A DNA stretch of 64,000 nt, taken from Isurus oxyrinchus (Eukaryota). Positions 13,501 through 25,500 of the stretch are shown piece after piece. A model generated the notes under the pieces. It did not search any database. It saw only the letters and a list, made by a program, of their open reading frames with translations, and was not told the origin of the DNA. The stretch is from assembly GCA_026770705.1 (NCBI GenBank), contig JANJGN010000021.1, positions 76,384,001-76,448,000 of the forward strand, read 5' to 3'. The stretch's first letter is position 1; each line of letters begins with the position of its first letter. The position numbers were made by a program, and so were the translations under genes.

Positions 13501-16500
13501 GCACCAGTGCCGAGTTCCAGGGACCCAGTGCTGAGTACCAAGGCCCGCGTGCCAAGCTGGATCCCATGCCAAGCACCAGAGCCCCAGTGCTGAGTGCCAG
13601 GCCACCGTGCTGAGTGCCAGGGCCCCCTTGCTGGGCACCAGGGCACCCACTGCTGAGTGCCAGTGTCCCAGTGCTGAGTGCTAGGGTCCCAGTGCTGAGT
13701 GCTAGGGTCCCGGTGCTGAGTACCAGGGCCCCCATGTTAAGTGCCAGGTCTCCCGTGCTGAGTGCCAGGGACCCAGTGCTGATTGTCAGGGCCCCCGTGC
13801 CGAGCTGGATCCCCATGACAAGCACCAGGGCCCTCGTGCTGAGAGTCAGTTCCCCATGCTGAGTGCTAGGGCCCCTGGGCAGAGCACCAGGCCCCCATGC
13901 AGAGCGCCAATGCATCCATGCAGAGCACCAGTGCACCCATGCAGAGCATCAGGGCCCCCGTGCTGAGTGCCAGGGTCCCAGTGCTGAGTGCCAGTGCCCC
14001 TGTGCTGAGTGCCAGGCCCCCATGCTGAGTGCCAGGCCCCCGTGCTGACCGCCAGGGTCCCAGTGCTGAGATCCAGGTCCCCCTGCCGAGTGCCACGGCC
14101 CCAGTGCTGAGCTCCAGGGCACCAGTGCCGAGTTCCAGGGACCCAGTGCTGAGTACCAAGGCCCGCGTGCCGAGCTGGATCCCGTGCAAAGCACCAGTGC
14201 CCCAGTGCTGAGTGCCAGGCCCCCATGCTGAGTGCCAGGGCCCCCTTGCTGGGCACCAGGGACCCCACTGCTGAGTGCCAGTGTCCCAGTGCTGAGTGCT
14301 AGGGTCCCAGTGCTGAGTAGCAGGGCCCCTGTGTTAAGTGCCGGGGTTCCCGTGCTGAGTGCCAGGACCCCCGTGCTGAGTACCAGGTTCGCCTGTGGTG
14401 AGTTCCAGGTGCCCAGTGCCGAGCGCCAGGTCCCCCTGCCGAGTGCCCGGGACCCAGTGCCGAGTACCAGGACCCCCCGTGCTGAGCACAAGGGCCGCTG
14501 TGCTGAATACCAGGGCCCCTGTGCTGAGTGCCTGGGTCCCAGCGCTGAGTGGCAGTGCCCCCGTGCTGAGTGCCAGATATCCAGTGCCGATCGCGGGGCC
14601 GCCGTGCTGAGTGCCAGGCCTCCGTGCAGAGCGCCAGGATCCCAGTGCTGAATGTAACAGTTTCCCCCGCGCTGAGCTCCAGGTGCCCAGTGCCGAGCGC
14701 CAGGTCCCCCTGCCGAGTGCCAGAGACCCCGCACTGAGCTCCAGGGTCCCAGTGCCAAGCGCCAGGTCCCCTTGCTGAATGCCAGGGCCCCTGCACTGAG
14801 CTCCACGGCACATGTGCCGAGTGCCAGGGTCCCTGCGCTGAGTGCCAGATCTCCGTGCAGAGCGCCAGGGTCCCAGTGCTGAATGCACCAGTTTCCCCCG
14901 CATTGAGCTCCAAGGACCCAGTGCTGATTGTCAGGACCCCGTGCCGAGCTGGATCCCCATGCCAAGCACCAAGGCCCTCGTGCTGAGAGTCAGTTCCCCA
15001 TGCTGAGTGCTAGGGCCCCTGGGCAGAGCACCAGGCCCCCATGCAGAGCGCCAGTGCACCCGTGCAGAGCGCCAGTGCCCCTGTGCTGAGTGCCAGGGTC
15101 CCAGTGCTGAGAGCCAGGTCCCCCTGCTGAGTGCCAGGGCCCGCACTCTGAGCTCCAGGGCCCACGTGCCGAGTGCCAGAGCTCCTGTGGTGAGATCCAG
15201 GGCACCAGTGCTGAGTACCAGGGTCCCCATACTGAGCGACAGGGTCCCTGCGCTGAGCTCCAGGTACCCAGTGCTGATCGTCAGGACCCGCGTGCCGAGC
15301 TGGATCCCGTGCCAAGCACCAGGGCCCCAGTGCTGAGTGCCAGGCCCCTGTGCTGAGTGCCTGGGCCCCAGTGTTGAGTGCCAGGCCCATGTGCTGATTG
15401 CCAGTGCTCCCATGCTGTGTGCCAGGGTCCCCTTGCTGAGCGCCAGTGTCCCAGTGCTGAGTCCTAGGGTCCCAGTGCTGAGTATCAGGGCCCGCGTGTT
15501 AAGTGCCAGGGACCCCGTGCAAGTGCCGGGGTTCCTGTGCTGAGTGCCAAGACCCCCGTGCTGAGCACCAGGCCCCCGTGCTGAGTAACACTTGCCCAGT
15601 GCCGAGTGCCAGGTCCCCCTGCCGAGTGCCAGAGTCCTCGCACTGAGCTCCAGGGACCCAGTGCTGAGCGCCAGGGACCCTGTGCCAAGTGCCAGTACCC
15701 CCCATGCTGAGCACAAGGGCCCCTGAGCTGAATGCCAGGGCCCAAGTGCTGAGCACCAGGCCACCGTGCAGAGCACCAGGTCCACATGCAGATCGCAAGG
15801 GCCCCCGTGCTGAATGCCAGGGCCCTCATGCTGAGCACCAAGCCCCCGTGCAGAGCGCCAGGGCCCCTGTGCTGAGTACCAGTGCCCCCACTGCCGAGTG
15901 CCAAGGTCCCCGTGCTGAGTGCGAGGCCTCCGTGCAGAGCGCCAGGTTCCCAGTGCTGAATGTATAAGTTTCCCCCGCGTTGAGCTCCATGGTCCCAGTG
16001 CCGAGCGCCAGGTCCCCCTGCCGAGTGCCAGGGCCCCAGTGCTGAGTACCAGGGTCCCCATGCTGAGTGCCAGTGTCCCCATGCTGAGTGCCAGGGTCCC
16101 CATGCTGAGTGCCAGTGTCCCCATGCTGAGTGCCAGGGTCCCCATGCTGAGTGCCAGTGTCCCCATGCTGAGTGCCAGTGTCCCCATGCTGAGTGCCAGG
16201 GTCCCCATGCTGAGTGCCAGGGTCCAAGTGCTGAATGCCAGGGCTCCTGTGCGAAACACCAGGGCCCCCACTGCTGAGCGCCAGTGTTCCAGTGCTGAGT
16301 GCTAGGGACCCCTTGCCGAGCGACAGGGCCCCAGTGCTGAGTGCCAGGCCCCCGTGCAGAGCACCAGGCCACCGTGCAGAGCACCAAGGCCCCCGTGCAG
16401 AGCACCAGGCCACCGTGCAGAGCACCAGGGCCCCCGTGCTGAGCTCCAGGCCCCCGTGCAGAGTACCAGGGCCCCTGTGCTGAGTACCAGTGCCCCCGCT

Positions 16501-19500
16501 GCCAAGTGCCAGGGCCCCCGTGCTAAGTGCCAGGATCCCAGTGCTGAGTACCAGGGTCCCCATACCGAGTGCCAGGGCCCCAGTGCTGAGTACCAGGGTC
16601 CCCATACCGAGTGCCAGGGCCCCCGTGCTGAGTGCCAGGGCCCCCGTGCTGAGTGCCAGGGCCTCCTTGCTGAGTGCCAGGGTCCCAGTGCTGAATGCCA
16701 GGGCTCCCGTGTGAAGTGCCAGGGCCCCCACTGCTGAGTGCCAGAGTCCCAGTGCTGAGCGACAGGGCCACCATGTTAAGTGCCAGGGCTCCCGTGCTGA
16801 GTGCCAGGACCCCCGTGCCGAGCGCCAGGGCCCCAGTGTTGAGTGCCAGGCCCCCGAGCTGAATGCCAGGGCCCCCTGGCTGGGCATCAGGGCCCCCACT
16901 GCCGAATGCCAGGACCCCGTGCTGAGCGCCAGGGTGTCAGTGCTGAGCTCCATGGTCCCAGTGCTGAATGCCAGGGCCCCCGTGCAAAGCACCAGGGCCC
17001 CCACTGCTGAGCGCCAGGGTCCCAGTGCTGAGTGCTAGGGACCCAGTGCTGAGTGCCAGGGCCCCCACGGCTGAGTGCCAGGGCCCCCACTGCTGAGTGC
17101 CAGGGTCCCAGCGCTGAGCTCCAGGCCCCCGTGCAGAGCACCAGGCCCCCGTGCAGAGCACCAGGGCCCCCACTGCTGAGTGCCAGGGTCCCAGCGCTGA
17201 GCTCCAGGCCCCCGTGCAGAGCACCAGGCCACCGTGCAGAGAACCAGGGCCCCCGTGCAGAGCACCAGGCCACTGTGCAGAGCACCAGGGCCCCCGTGCA
17301 GAGCACCAGGCCACCGTGCAGAGCACCAGTGCCCCCGTGCTGAGCTCCAGGCCCCCGTGCAGAGTACCAGGGCCCCTGTGCTGAGTACCAGTGCCCCTGC
17401 TGCCAAGTGCCAGGGTCCCTGTGCTGAGTGCCAGGGCCCCCGTGCTAAGTGCCAGATATCTAGTGCTGATCTCCAGGGCCCCCATGCTGAGTGCCAGGAT
17501 CCCAATGCTGAGTACCAGTGTCCCCATACCGAGTGCCAGGGCCCCCGTGCTGAGTGCCAGGGCCCCATGCTGTGTGCCAGGGCCTCCGTGCTAAGTGCCA
17601 GGGCCTCCTTGCTGAGTGCCAGGGTCCCAGTGCTGAATGCCAGGGCTCCCGTGTGAAGTGCCAGGGCCCCCACTGCTGAGCGCCAGGGTCCCAGTGCTGA
17701 GTGACAGGGCCACCATGTTAAGTGCCAGGGCTCCCGTGCTGAGTGCCAGGACCCCCGTGCCGAGCGCCAGGGCCCCAGTGTTGAGTGCCAGGCCCCCGAG
17801 CTGAGTGCCAGGGCCCCCTGGCTGGGCATCAGGGCCCCCACTGCCGAATGCCAGGACCCCGTGCTGAGCGCCAGGGTGTCAGTGCTGAGCTCCATGGTCC
17901 CAGTGCTGAATGCCAGGGCCCCCGTGCGAAGCACCAGGGCCCCCACTGCTGAGCGCCAGGGTCCCAGTGCTGAGTGCTAGGGACCCAGTGCTGAGTGCCA
18001 GGGCCCCCACGGCTGAGTGCCAGGGCCCCCACTGCTGAGTGCCAGGGTCCCAGCGCTGAGCTCCAGGCCCCCGTGCAGAGCACCAGGCCCCCGTGCAGAG
18101 CACCAGGGCCCCCACTGCTGAGTGCCAGGGTCCCAGCTCTGAGCTCCAGGCCCCCGTGCAGAGCACCAGGCCACAGTGCAGAGAACCAGGGCCCCCGTGC
18201 AGAGCACCAGGCCACTGTGCAGAGCACCAGGGCCCCCGTGCAGAGCACCAGGCCACCGTGCAGAGCACCAGGGCCCCCGTGCTGAGCTCCAGGCCCCCGT
18301 GCAGAGTACCAGGGCCCCTGTGCTGAGTACCAGTGCCCCTGCTGCCAAGTGCCAGGGTCCCTGTGCTGAGTGCCAGGGCCCCCGTGCTAAGTGCCAGATA
18401 TCTAGTGCTGATCTCCAGGGCCCCCATGCTGAGTGCCAGGATCCCAATGCTGAGTACCAGTGTCCCCATACCGAGTGCCAGGGCCCCCGTGCTGAGTGCC
18501 AGGGCCCCATGCTGTGTGCCAGGGCCTCCGTGCTAAGTGCCAGGGCCTCCTTGCTGAGTGCCAGGGTCCCAGTGCTGAATGCCAGGGCTCCCATGTGAAG
18601 TGCCAGGGCCCCCACTGCTGAGCGCCAGGGTCCCAGTGCTGAGTGACAGGGCCACCATGTTAAGTGCCAGGGCTCCCGTGCTGAGTGCCAGGACCCCCGT
18701 GCCGAGCGCCAGGGCCCCAGTGTTGAGTGCCAGGCCCCCGAGCTGAGTGCCAGGGCCCCCTGGCTGGGCATCAGGGCCCCCACTGCCGAATGCCAGGACC
18801 CCGTGCTGAGCGCCAGGGTGTCAGTGCTGAGCTCCATGGTCCCAGTGCTGAATGCCAGGGCCCCCGTGCGAAGCACCAGGGCCCCCACTGCTGAGCGCCA
18901 GGGTCCCAGTGCTGAGTGCTAGGTCCCAGTGCTGAGCACCAGGCCCCCGTGCAGAGTACAAGGGCCCCCACTGCCGAGTGCCATGGTCCCAGTGCTGAGT
19001 GCCAGGGCCCCCGTGCTGAATGCCAGGGTCCCAGTGCTAAGCGCCAGGTCCCCCTGCCACATGTCAGGGCCCCAGTGCTGAACTCCAGGGCCCCCAAGCC
19101 GAGTGCCAGGGTTCCTGTGCTGAGCACCAGGCCCCCATGCTGAGTTCCAGGTGCCCAGTGCTGAGCGCCATGTCCCCCTGCCGAGTGCCCGGGCCCCCAT
19201 TCTGAGTGCCAGGGACCACCCGTGCTGAGCACAAGGGCCGCTGTGCTGAATACCAGGGCCCCTGTGCTGAGTGTCTGGGTCCCAGCGCTGAGTGGCAGGG
19301 CCCCCGTGCTGAGTGCCAGGGCCCCACGCTGTGTGCCAGGGCCCCCGTGCTAAGTGCAGGGCCCCATGCTGAATGCCAGATATCCATTGCCGAGCGCGGG
19401 GCCGCCGTGCTGAGTGCCAGGCCTCCGTGCAGAGCGCCAGGATCCCAGTGCTGAATGTAACAGTTTCCCCCGCGCTGAGCTCCAGGTGCCCAGTGCCGAG

Positions 19501-22500
19501 CGCCAGGTCCCCCTGCCGAGTGCCAGAGACCCAGCACTGAGCTCCAGGGTCCCAGTGCCAAGCGCCAGGTCCCCTTGCTGAATGCCAGGACCCCCGCACT
19601 GAGCTCCAGGGCCCATGTGCTGAGTGCCAGGGCCACAGTGCTGAGTACCAGGGCCCCCGCGCTGACTGCCAGATCTCCCTTCAGTGCGCCAGGGTCCCAG
19701 TGCTGAATGTAACAGTTTCCCCCGCGCTGAGCTCCAGGTGCCCAGTGCTGAGCGCCAGGTCCCCTTGCTGAGTGTCAGGGCCCCTGCACTGAGCTCCAGG
19801 GCCCATGTGCCGAGTGCCCAGGCCCCTGTGCTGAGTACCAGGGCCCCCGTTCCGAGCGCCAGGGCCCCTGCGCTGAGTGCCAGAGCTCCGTGCAGAGCGC
19901 CAGGGTCCCAGTGCTGAATGCACCAGTTTCCCCCGCATTGAACTCCAAGGACCCAGTGCTGAGTGCCAGGACCCCTGCCGAATCACAGGGCCCCCGCGCT
20001 GAGTTCCAGGGACCCAGTGCTGATTGTCAGGGCCCCCGTGCCGAGCTGGATCCCCATGACAAGCACCAGGGCCCTCGTGCTGAGAGTCAGTTCCCCATGC
20101 TGAGTGCTAGGGCCCCTGGGCAGAGCACCAGGCCCCCATGCAGAGCGCCAATGCATCCATGCAGAGCACCAGTGCCCCCATGCTGAGTGCCAGGGTCCCA
20201 GTGCTGAGTGCCCGTGCCCCTGTGCTGAGTGCCAGGCCCCCAAGCTGAGCGCCAGGCCCCCGTGCTGACCGCCAGGGTCCCAGTGCTGAGATCCAGGTCC
20301 CCCTGCCGAGTGCCAAGGCCCCAGTGCTGAGCTCCAGGGCACCAGTGCCATGTTCCAGGGACCCAGTGCTGAGTACCAAGGCCCGCATGCCAAGCTGGAT
20401 CCCGTGCCAAGCACCAGAGCCCCAGTGCTGAGTGCCAGGCCACCGTGCTGAGTGCCAGGGCCCCCTTGCTGGGCACCAGGGACCCCACTGCTGAGTGCCA
20501 GTGTCCCAGTGCTGAGTGCTAGGGTCCCAGTGCTGAGTGCCAGGGCTCCACTGCCGAGTGCCAGGTCTCCCGTGCTGAGCACCAGGTCCCTGTGCTGAGT
20601 GCCAGGACCCCAGTGCTGAGTGCCAGGCCCCTGTGCTGAGTGCCAGGGCCCTCTGGCTAGGCGCCAGGGCCCCCACTGCTGAATGCCAGGTCCCCATGAT
20701 GAGCACCAGGGTGTCAGTGCTGACTACCAGGGTCCCAGTGCTGAGTGCTAGGGTCCCAGTGCTGAGTGCTATGGTGCCAGTGCTGAGTACCAGCGACCCT
20801 GTGTTAAGTGCCAGGGACCCAATGCAAGTGCCAGGGTTCCTGTGCTGAGCACCAGGCCCCCATGCTGAGTTCCAGGTGCCCAGTGCTGAGCACCAGGTCC
20901 CCCTGCTGAGTGCCCGGGCCCCCATTCTGAGTGCCAGGGAACCCCCGTGCTGAGCACAAGGGCCGCTGTGCTGAATACCAGGGCCCCTGTGCTGAGTGTC
21001 TGGGTCCCAGCGCTGAGTGGCAGGGCCCCCGTGCTGAGTGCCAGGGCCCCACGCTGTGTGCCAGGGCCCCCGTGCTAAGTGCCAGGGCCCCATGCTGAAT
21101 GCCAGATATCCATTGCCGAGCGCGGGGCCTCCGTGCAGAGCGCCAGGATCCCAGTGCTGAATGTAACAGCTTCCCCCACGCTGAGCTCCAGGTGCTCAGT
21201 GCCGAGCGCCAGGTCCCCCTGCTGAGTGCCAGAGACCCCGCACTGAGCTCCAGGGTCCCAGTGCCAAGCGCCAGGTCCCCTTGCTGAATGCCAGGACCCC
21301 CGCACTGAGCTCCAGGGCCCATGTGCTGAGTGCCAGGGCCACAGTGCTGAGTACCAGGGCCCCCGCGCTGAGTGCCAGAGCTCCCTGCAGAGCTCCAGGG
21401 TCCCAGTGCTGAATGTAACAGTTTCCCCTGTGCTGAGCTCCAGGTGCCCAGTGCCGAGTGCCAGGTCCCCTTGCTGAGTGCCAGGGCCCCTGCACTGAGC
21501 TCCAGGGCCCATGTGCCGAGTGCCCAGGCCACAGTGCTGAGTACCAGGGCCCCCGTTCCGAGCGCCAGGGCCCCTGCACTGAGTGCCAGAGCTCCGTGCA
21601 GAGCGCCAGGGTCCCAGTGCTGAATGCACCAGTTTCCCCCGCATTGAGCTCCAAGGACCCAGCGCTGAGTGCCAGGTCCCCCTGCCGAGTGACAGGGCCC
21701 CCACGCTGAGTTCCAGGGACCCAGTGCTGATTGTCAGGGCCCCCGTGCCGAGCTGGATCCCCATGACAAGCACCAGGGCCCTCGTGCTGAGAGTCAGTTC
21801 CCCATGCTGAGTGCTAGGGCCCCTGGGCAGAGCACCAGGCCCCCATGCAGAGCGCCAATGCATCCATGCAGAGCACCAGTGCCCCCATGCTGAGTGCCAG
21901 GGTTCCCAGTGCTGAGTGCTGGTGCCCCTGTGCTGAGTGCCAGGACCCCATGCTGAGCGCCAGGCCCCCGTGCTGACCGCCAGGGTCCCAGTGCTGAGAT
22001 CTAGGTCCCCCTGCCGAGTGCCAAGGCCCCAGTGCTGAGCTCCAGGGCACCAGTGCCGAGTTCCAGGGACCCAGTGCTGAGTACCAAGGCCCGCGTGCCA
22101 AGCTGGATCCCGTGCCAAGCACCAGAGCCCCAGTGCTGAGTGCCAGGCCACCGTGCTGAGTGCCAGGGCCCCCTTGCTGGGCACCAGGGCACCCACTGCT
22201 GAGTGCCAGTGTCCCAGTGCTGAGTGCTAGGGTCCCAGTGCTGAGTGCTAGGGTCCCGGTGCTGAGTACCAGGGCCCCCATGTTAAGTGCCAGGTCTCCC
22301 GTGCTGAGTGCCAGGGACCCAGTGCTGATTGTCAGGGCCCCCGTGCCGAGCTGGATCCCCATGACAAGCACCAGGGCCCTCGTGCTGAGAGTCAGTTCCC
22401 CATGCTGAGTGCTAGGGCCCCTGGGCAGAGCACCAGGCCCCCATGCAGAGCGCCAATGCATCCATGCAGAGCACCAGTGCACCCATGCAGAGCATCAGGG

Positions 22501-25500
22501 CCCCCGTGCTGAGTGCCAGGGTCCCAGTGCTGAGTGCCAGTGCCCCTGTGCTGAGTGCCAGGCCCCCATGCTGAGCGCCAGGCCCCCGTGCTGACCGCCA
22601 GGGTCCCAGTGCTGAGATCCAGGTCCCCCTGCCGAGTGCCACGGCCCCAGTGCTGAGCTCCAGGGCACCAGTGCCGAGTTCCAGGGACCCAGTGCTGAGT
22701 ACCAAGGCCCGCGTGCCGAGCTGGATCCCGTGCAAAGCACCAGTGCCCCAGTGCTGAGTGCCAGGCCCCCATGCTGAGTGCCAGGGCCCCCTTGCTGGGC
22801 ACCAGGGACCCCACTGCTGAGTGCCAGTGTCCCAGTGCTGAGTGCTAGGGTCCCAGTGCTGAGTAGCAGGGCCCTGTGTTAAGTGCCGGGGTTCCCGTGC
22901 TGAGTGCCAGGACCCCCGTGCTGAGTACCAGGTTCCCCTGTGGTGAGTTCCAGGTGCCCAGTGCCGAGCGCCAGGTCCCCCTGCCGAGTGCCCGGGACCC
23001 AGTGCCGAGTACCAGGACCCCCCGTGCTGAGCACAAGGGCCGCTGTGCTGAATACCAGGGCCCCTGTGCTGAGTGCCTGGGTCCCAGCGCTGAGTGGCAG
23101 TGCCCCCGTGCTGAGTGCCAGATATCCAGTGCCGATCGCGGGGCCGCCGTGCTGAGTGCCAGGCCTCCGTGCAGAGCGCCAGGATCCCAGTGCTGAATGT
23201 AACAGTTTCCCCCGCGCTGAGCTCCAGGTGCCCAGTGCCGAGCGCCAGGTCCCCCTGCCGAGTGCCAGAGACCCCGCACTGAGCTCCAGGGTCCCAGTGC
23301 CAAGCGCCAGGTCCCCTTGCTGAATGCCAGGGCCCCTGCACTGAGCTCCACGGCACATGTGCCGAGTGCCAGGGTCCCTGCGCTGAGTGCCAGATCTCCG
23401 TGCAGAGCGCCAGGGTCCCAGTGCTGAATGCACCAGTTTCCCCCGCATTGAGCTCCAAGGACCCAGTGCTGATTGTCAGGACCTCGTGCCGAGCTGGATC
23501 CCCATGCCAAGCACCAAGGCCCTCGTGCTGAGAGTCAGTTCCCCATGCTGAGTGCTAGGGCCCCTGGGCAGAGCACCAGGCCCCCATGCAGAGCGCCAGT
23601 GCACCCGTGCAGAGCGCCAGTGCCCCTGTGCTGAGTGCCAGGGTCCCAGTGCTGAGAGCCAGGTCCCCCTGCTGAGTGCCAGGGCCCGCACTCTGAGCTC
23701 CAGGGCCCACGTGCCGAGTGCCAGAGCTCCTGTGGTGAGATCCAGGGCACCAGTGCTGAGTACCAGGGTCCCCATACTGAGCGACAGGGTCCCTGCGCTG
23801 AGCTCCAGGTACCCAGTGCTGATCGTCAGGACCCGCGTGCCGAGCTGGATCCCGTGCCAAGCACCAGGGCCCCAGTGCTGAGTGCCAGGCCCCTGTGCTG
23901 AGTGCCTGGGCCCCAGTGTTGAGTGCCAGGCCCATGTGCTGATTGCCAGTGCTCCCATGCTGTGTGCCAGGGTCCCCTTGCTGAGCGCCAGTGTCCCAGT
24001 GCTGAGTCCTAGGGTCCCAGTGCTGAGTATCAGGGCCCGCGTGTTAAGTGCCAGGGACCCCGTGCAAGTGCCGGGGTTCCTGTGCTGAGTGCCAAGACCC
24101 CCGTGCTGAGCACCAGGCCCCCGTGCTGAGTAACACTTGCCCAGTGCCGAGTGCCAGGTCCCCCTGCCGAGTGCCAGAGTCCTCGCACTGAGCTCCAGGG
24201 ACCCAGTGCTGAGCGCCAGGGACCCTGTGCCAAGTGCCAGTACCCCCCATGCTGAGCACAAGGGCCCCTGAGCTGAATGCCAGGGCCCAAGTGCTGAGCA
24301 CCAGGCCACCGTGCAGAGCACCAGGTCCACATGCAGATCGCAAGGGCCCCCGTGCTGAATGCCAGGGCCCTCATGCTGAGCACCAAGCCCCCGTGCAGAG
24401 CGCCAGGGCCCCTGTGCTGAGTACCAGTGCCCCCACTGCCGAGTGCCAAGGTCCCCGTGCTGAGTGCGAGGCCTCCGTGCAGAGCGCCAGGTTCCCAGTG
24501 CTGAATGTATAAGTTTCCCCCGCGTTGAGCTCCATGGTCCCAGTGCCGAGCGCCAGGTCCCCCTGCCGAGTGCCAGGGCCCCAGTGCTGAGTACCAGGGT
24601 CCCCATGCTGAGTGCCAGTGTCCCCATGCTGAGTGCCAGGGTCCCCATGCTGAGTGCCAGTGTCCCCATGCTGAGTGCCAGTGTCCCCATGCTGAGTGCC
24701 AGTGTCCCCATGCTGAGTGCCAGGGTCCCCATGCTGAGTGCCAGGGTCCAAGTGCTGAATGCCAGGGCTCCTGTGCGAAACACCAGGGCCCCCACTGCTG
24801 AGCGCCAGTGTTCCAGTGCTGAGTGCTAGGGACCCCTTGCCGAGCGACAGGGCCCCAGTGCTGAGTGCCAGGCCCCCGTGCAGAGCACCAGGCCACCGTG
24901 CAGAGCACCAAGGCCCCCGTGCAGAGCACCAGGCCACCGTGCAGAGCACCAGGGCCCCCGTGCTGAGCTCCAGGCCCCCGTGCAGAGTACCAGGGCCCCT
25001 GTGCTGAGTACCAGTGCCCCCGCTGCCAAGTGCCAGGGCCCCCGTGCTAAGTGCCAGGATCCCAGTGCTGAGTACCAGGGTCCCCATACCGAGTGCCAGG
25101 GCCCCAGTGCTGAGTACCAGGGTCCCCATACCGAGTGCCAGGGCCCCCGTGCTGAGTGCCAGGGCCCCCGTGCTGAGTGCCAGGGCCTCCTTGCTGAGTG
25201 CCAGGGTCCCAGTGCTGAATGCCAGGGCTCCCGTGTGAAGTGCCAGGGCCCCCACTGCTGAGTGCCAGAGTCCCAGTGCTGAGCGACAGGGCCACCATGT
25301 TAAGTGCCAGGGCTCCCGTGCTGAGTGCCAGGACCCCCGTGCCGAGCGCCAGGGCCCCAGTGTTGAGTGCCAGGCCCCCGAGCTGAATGCCAGGGCCCCC
25401 TGGCTGGGCATCAGGGCCCCCACTGCCGAATGCCAGGACCCCGTGCTGAGCGCCAGGGTGTCAGTGCTGAGCTCCATGGTCCCAGTGCTGAATGCCAGGG

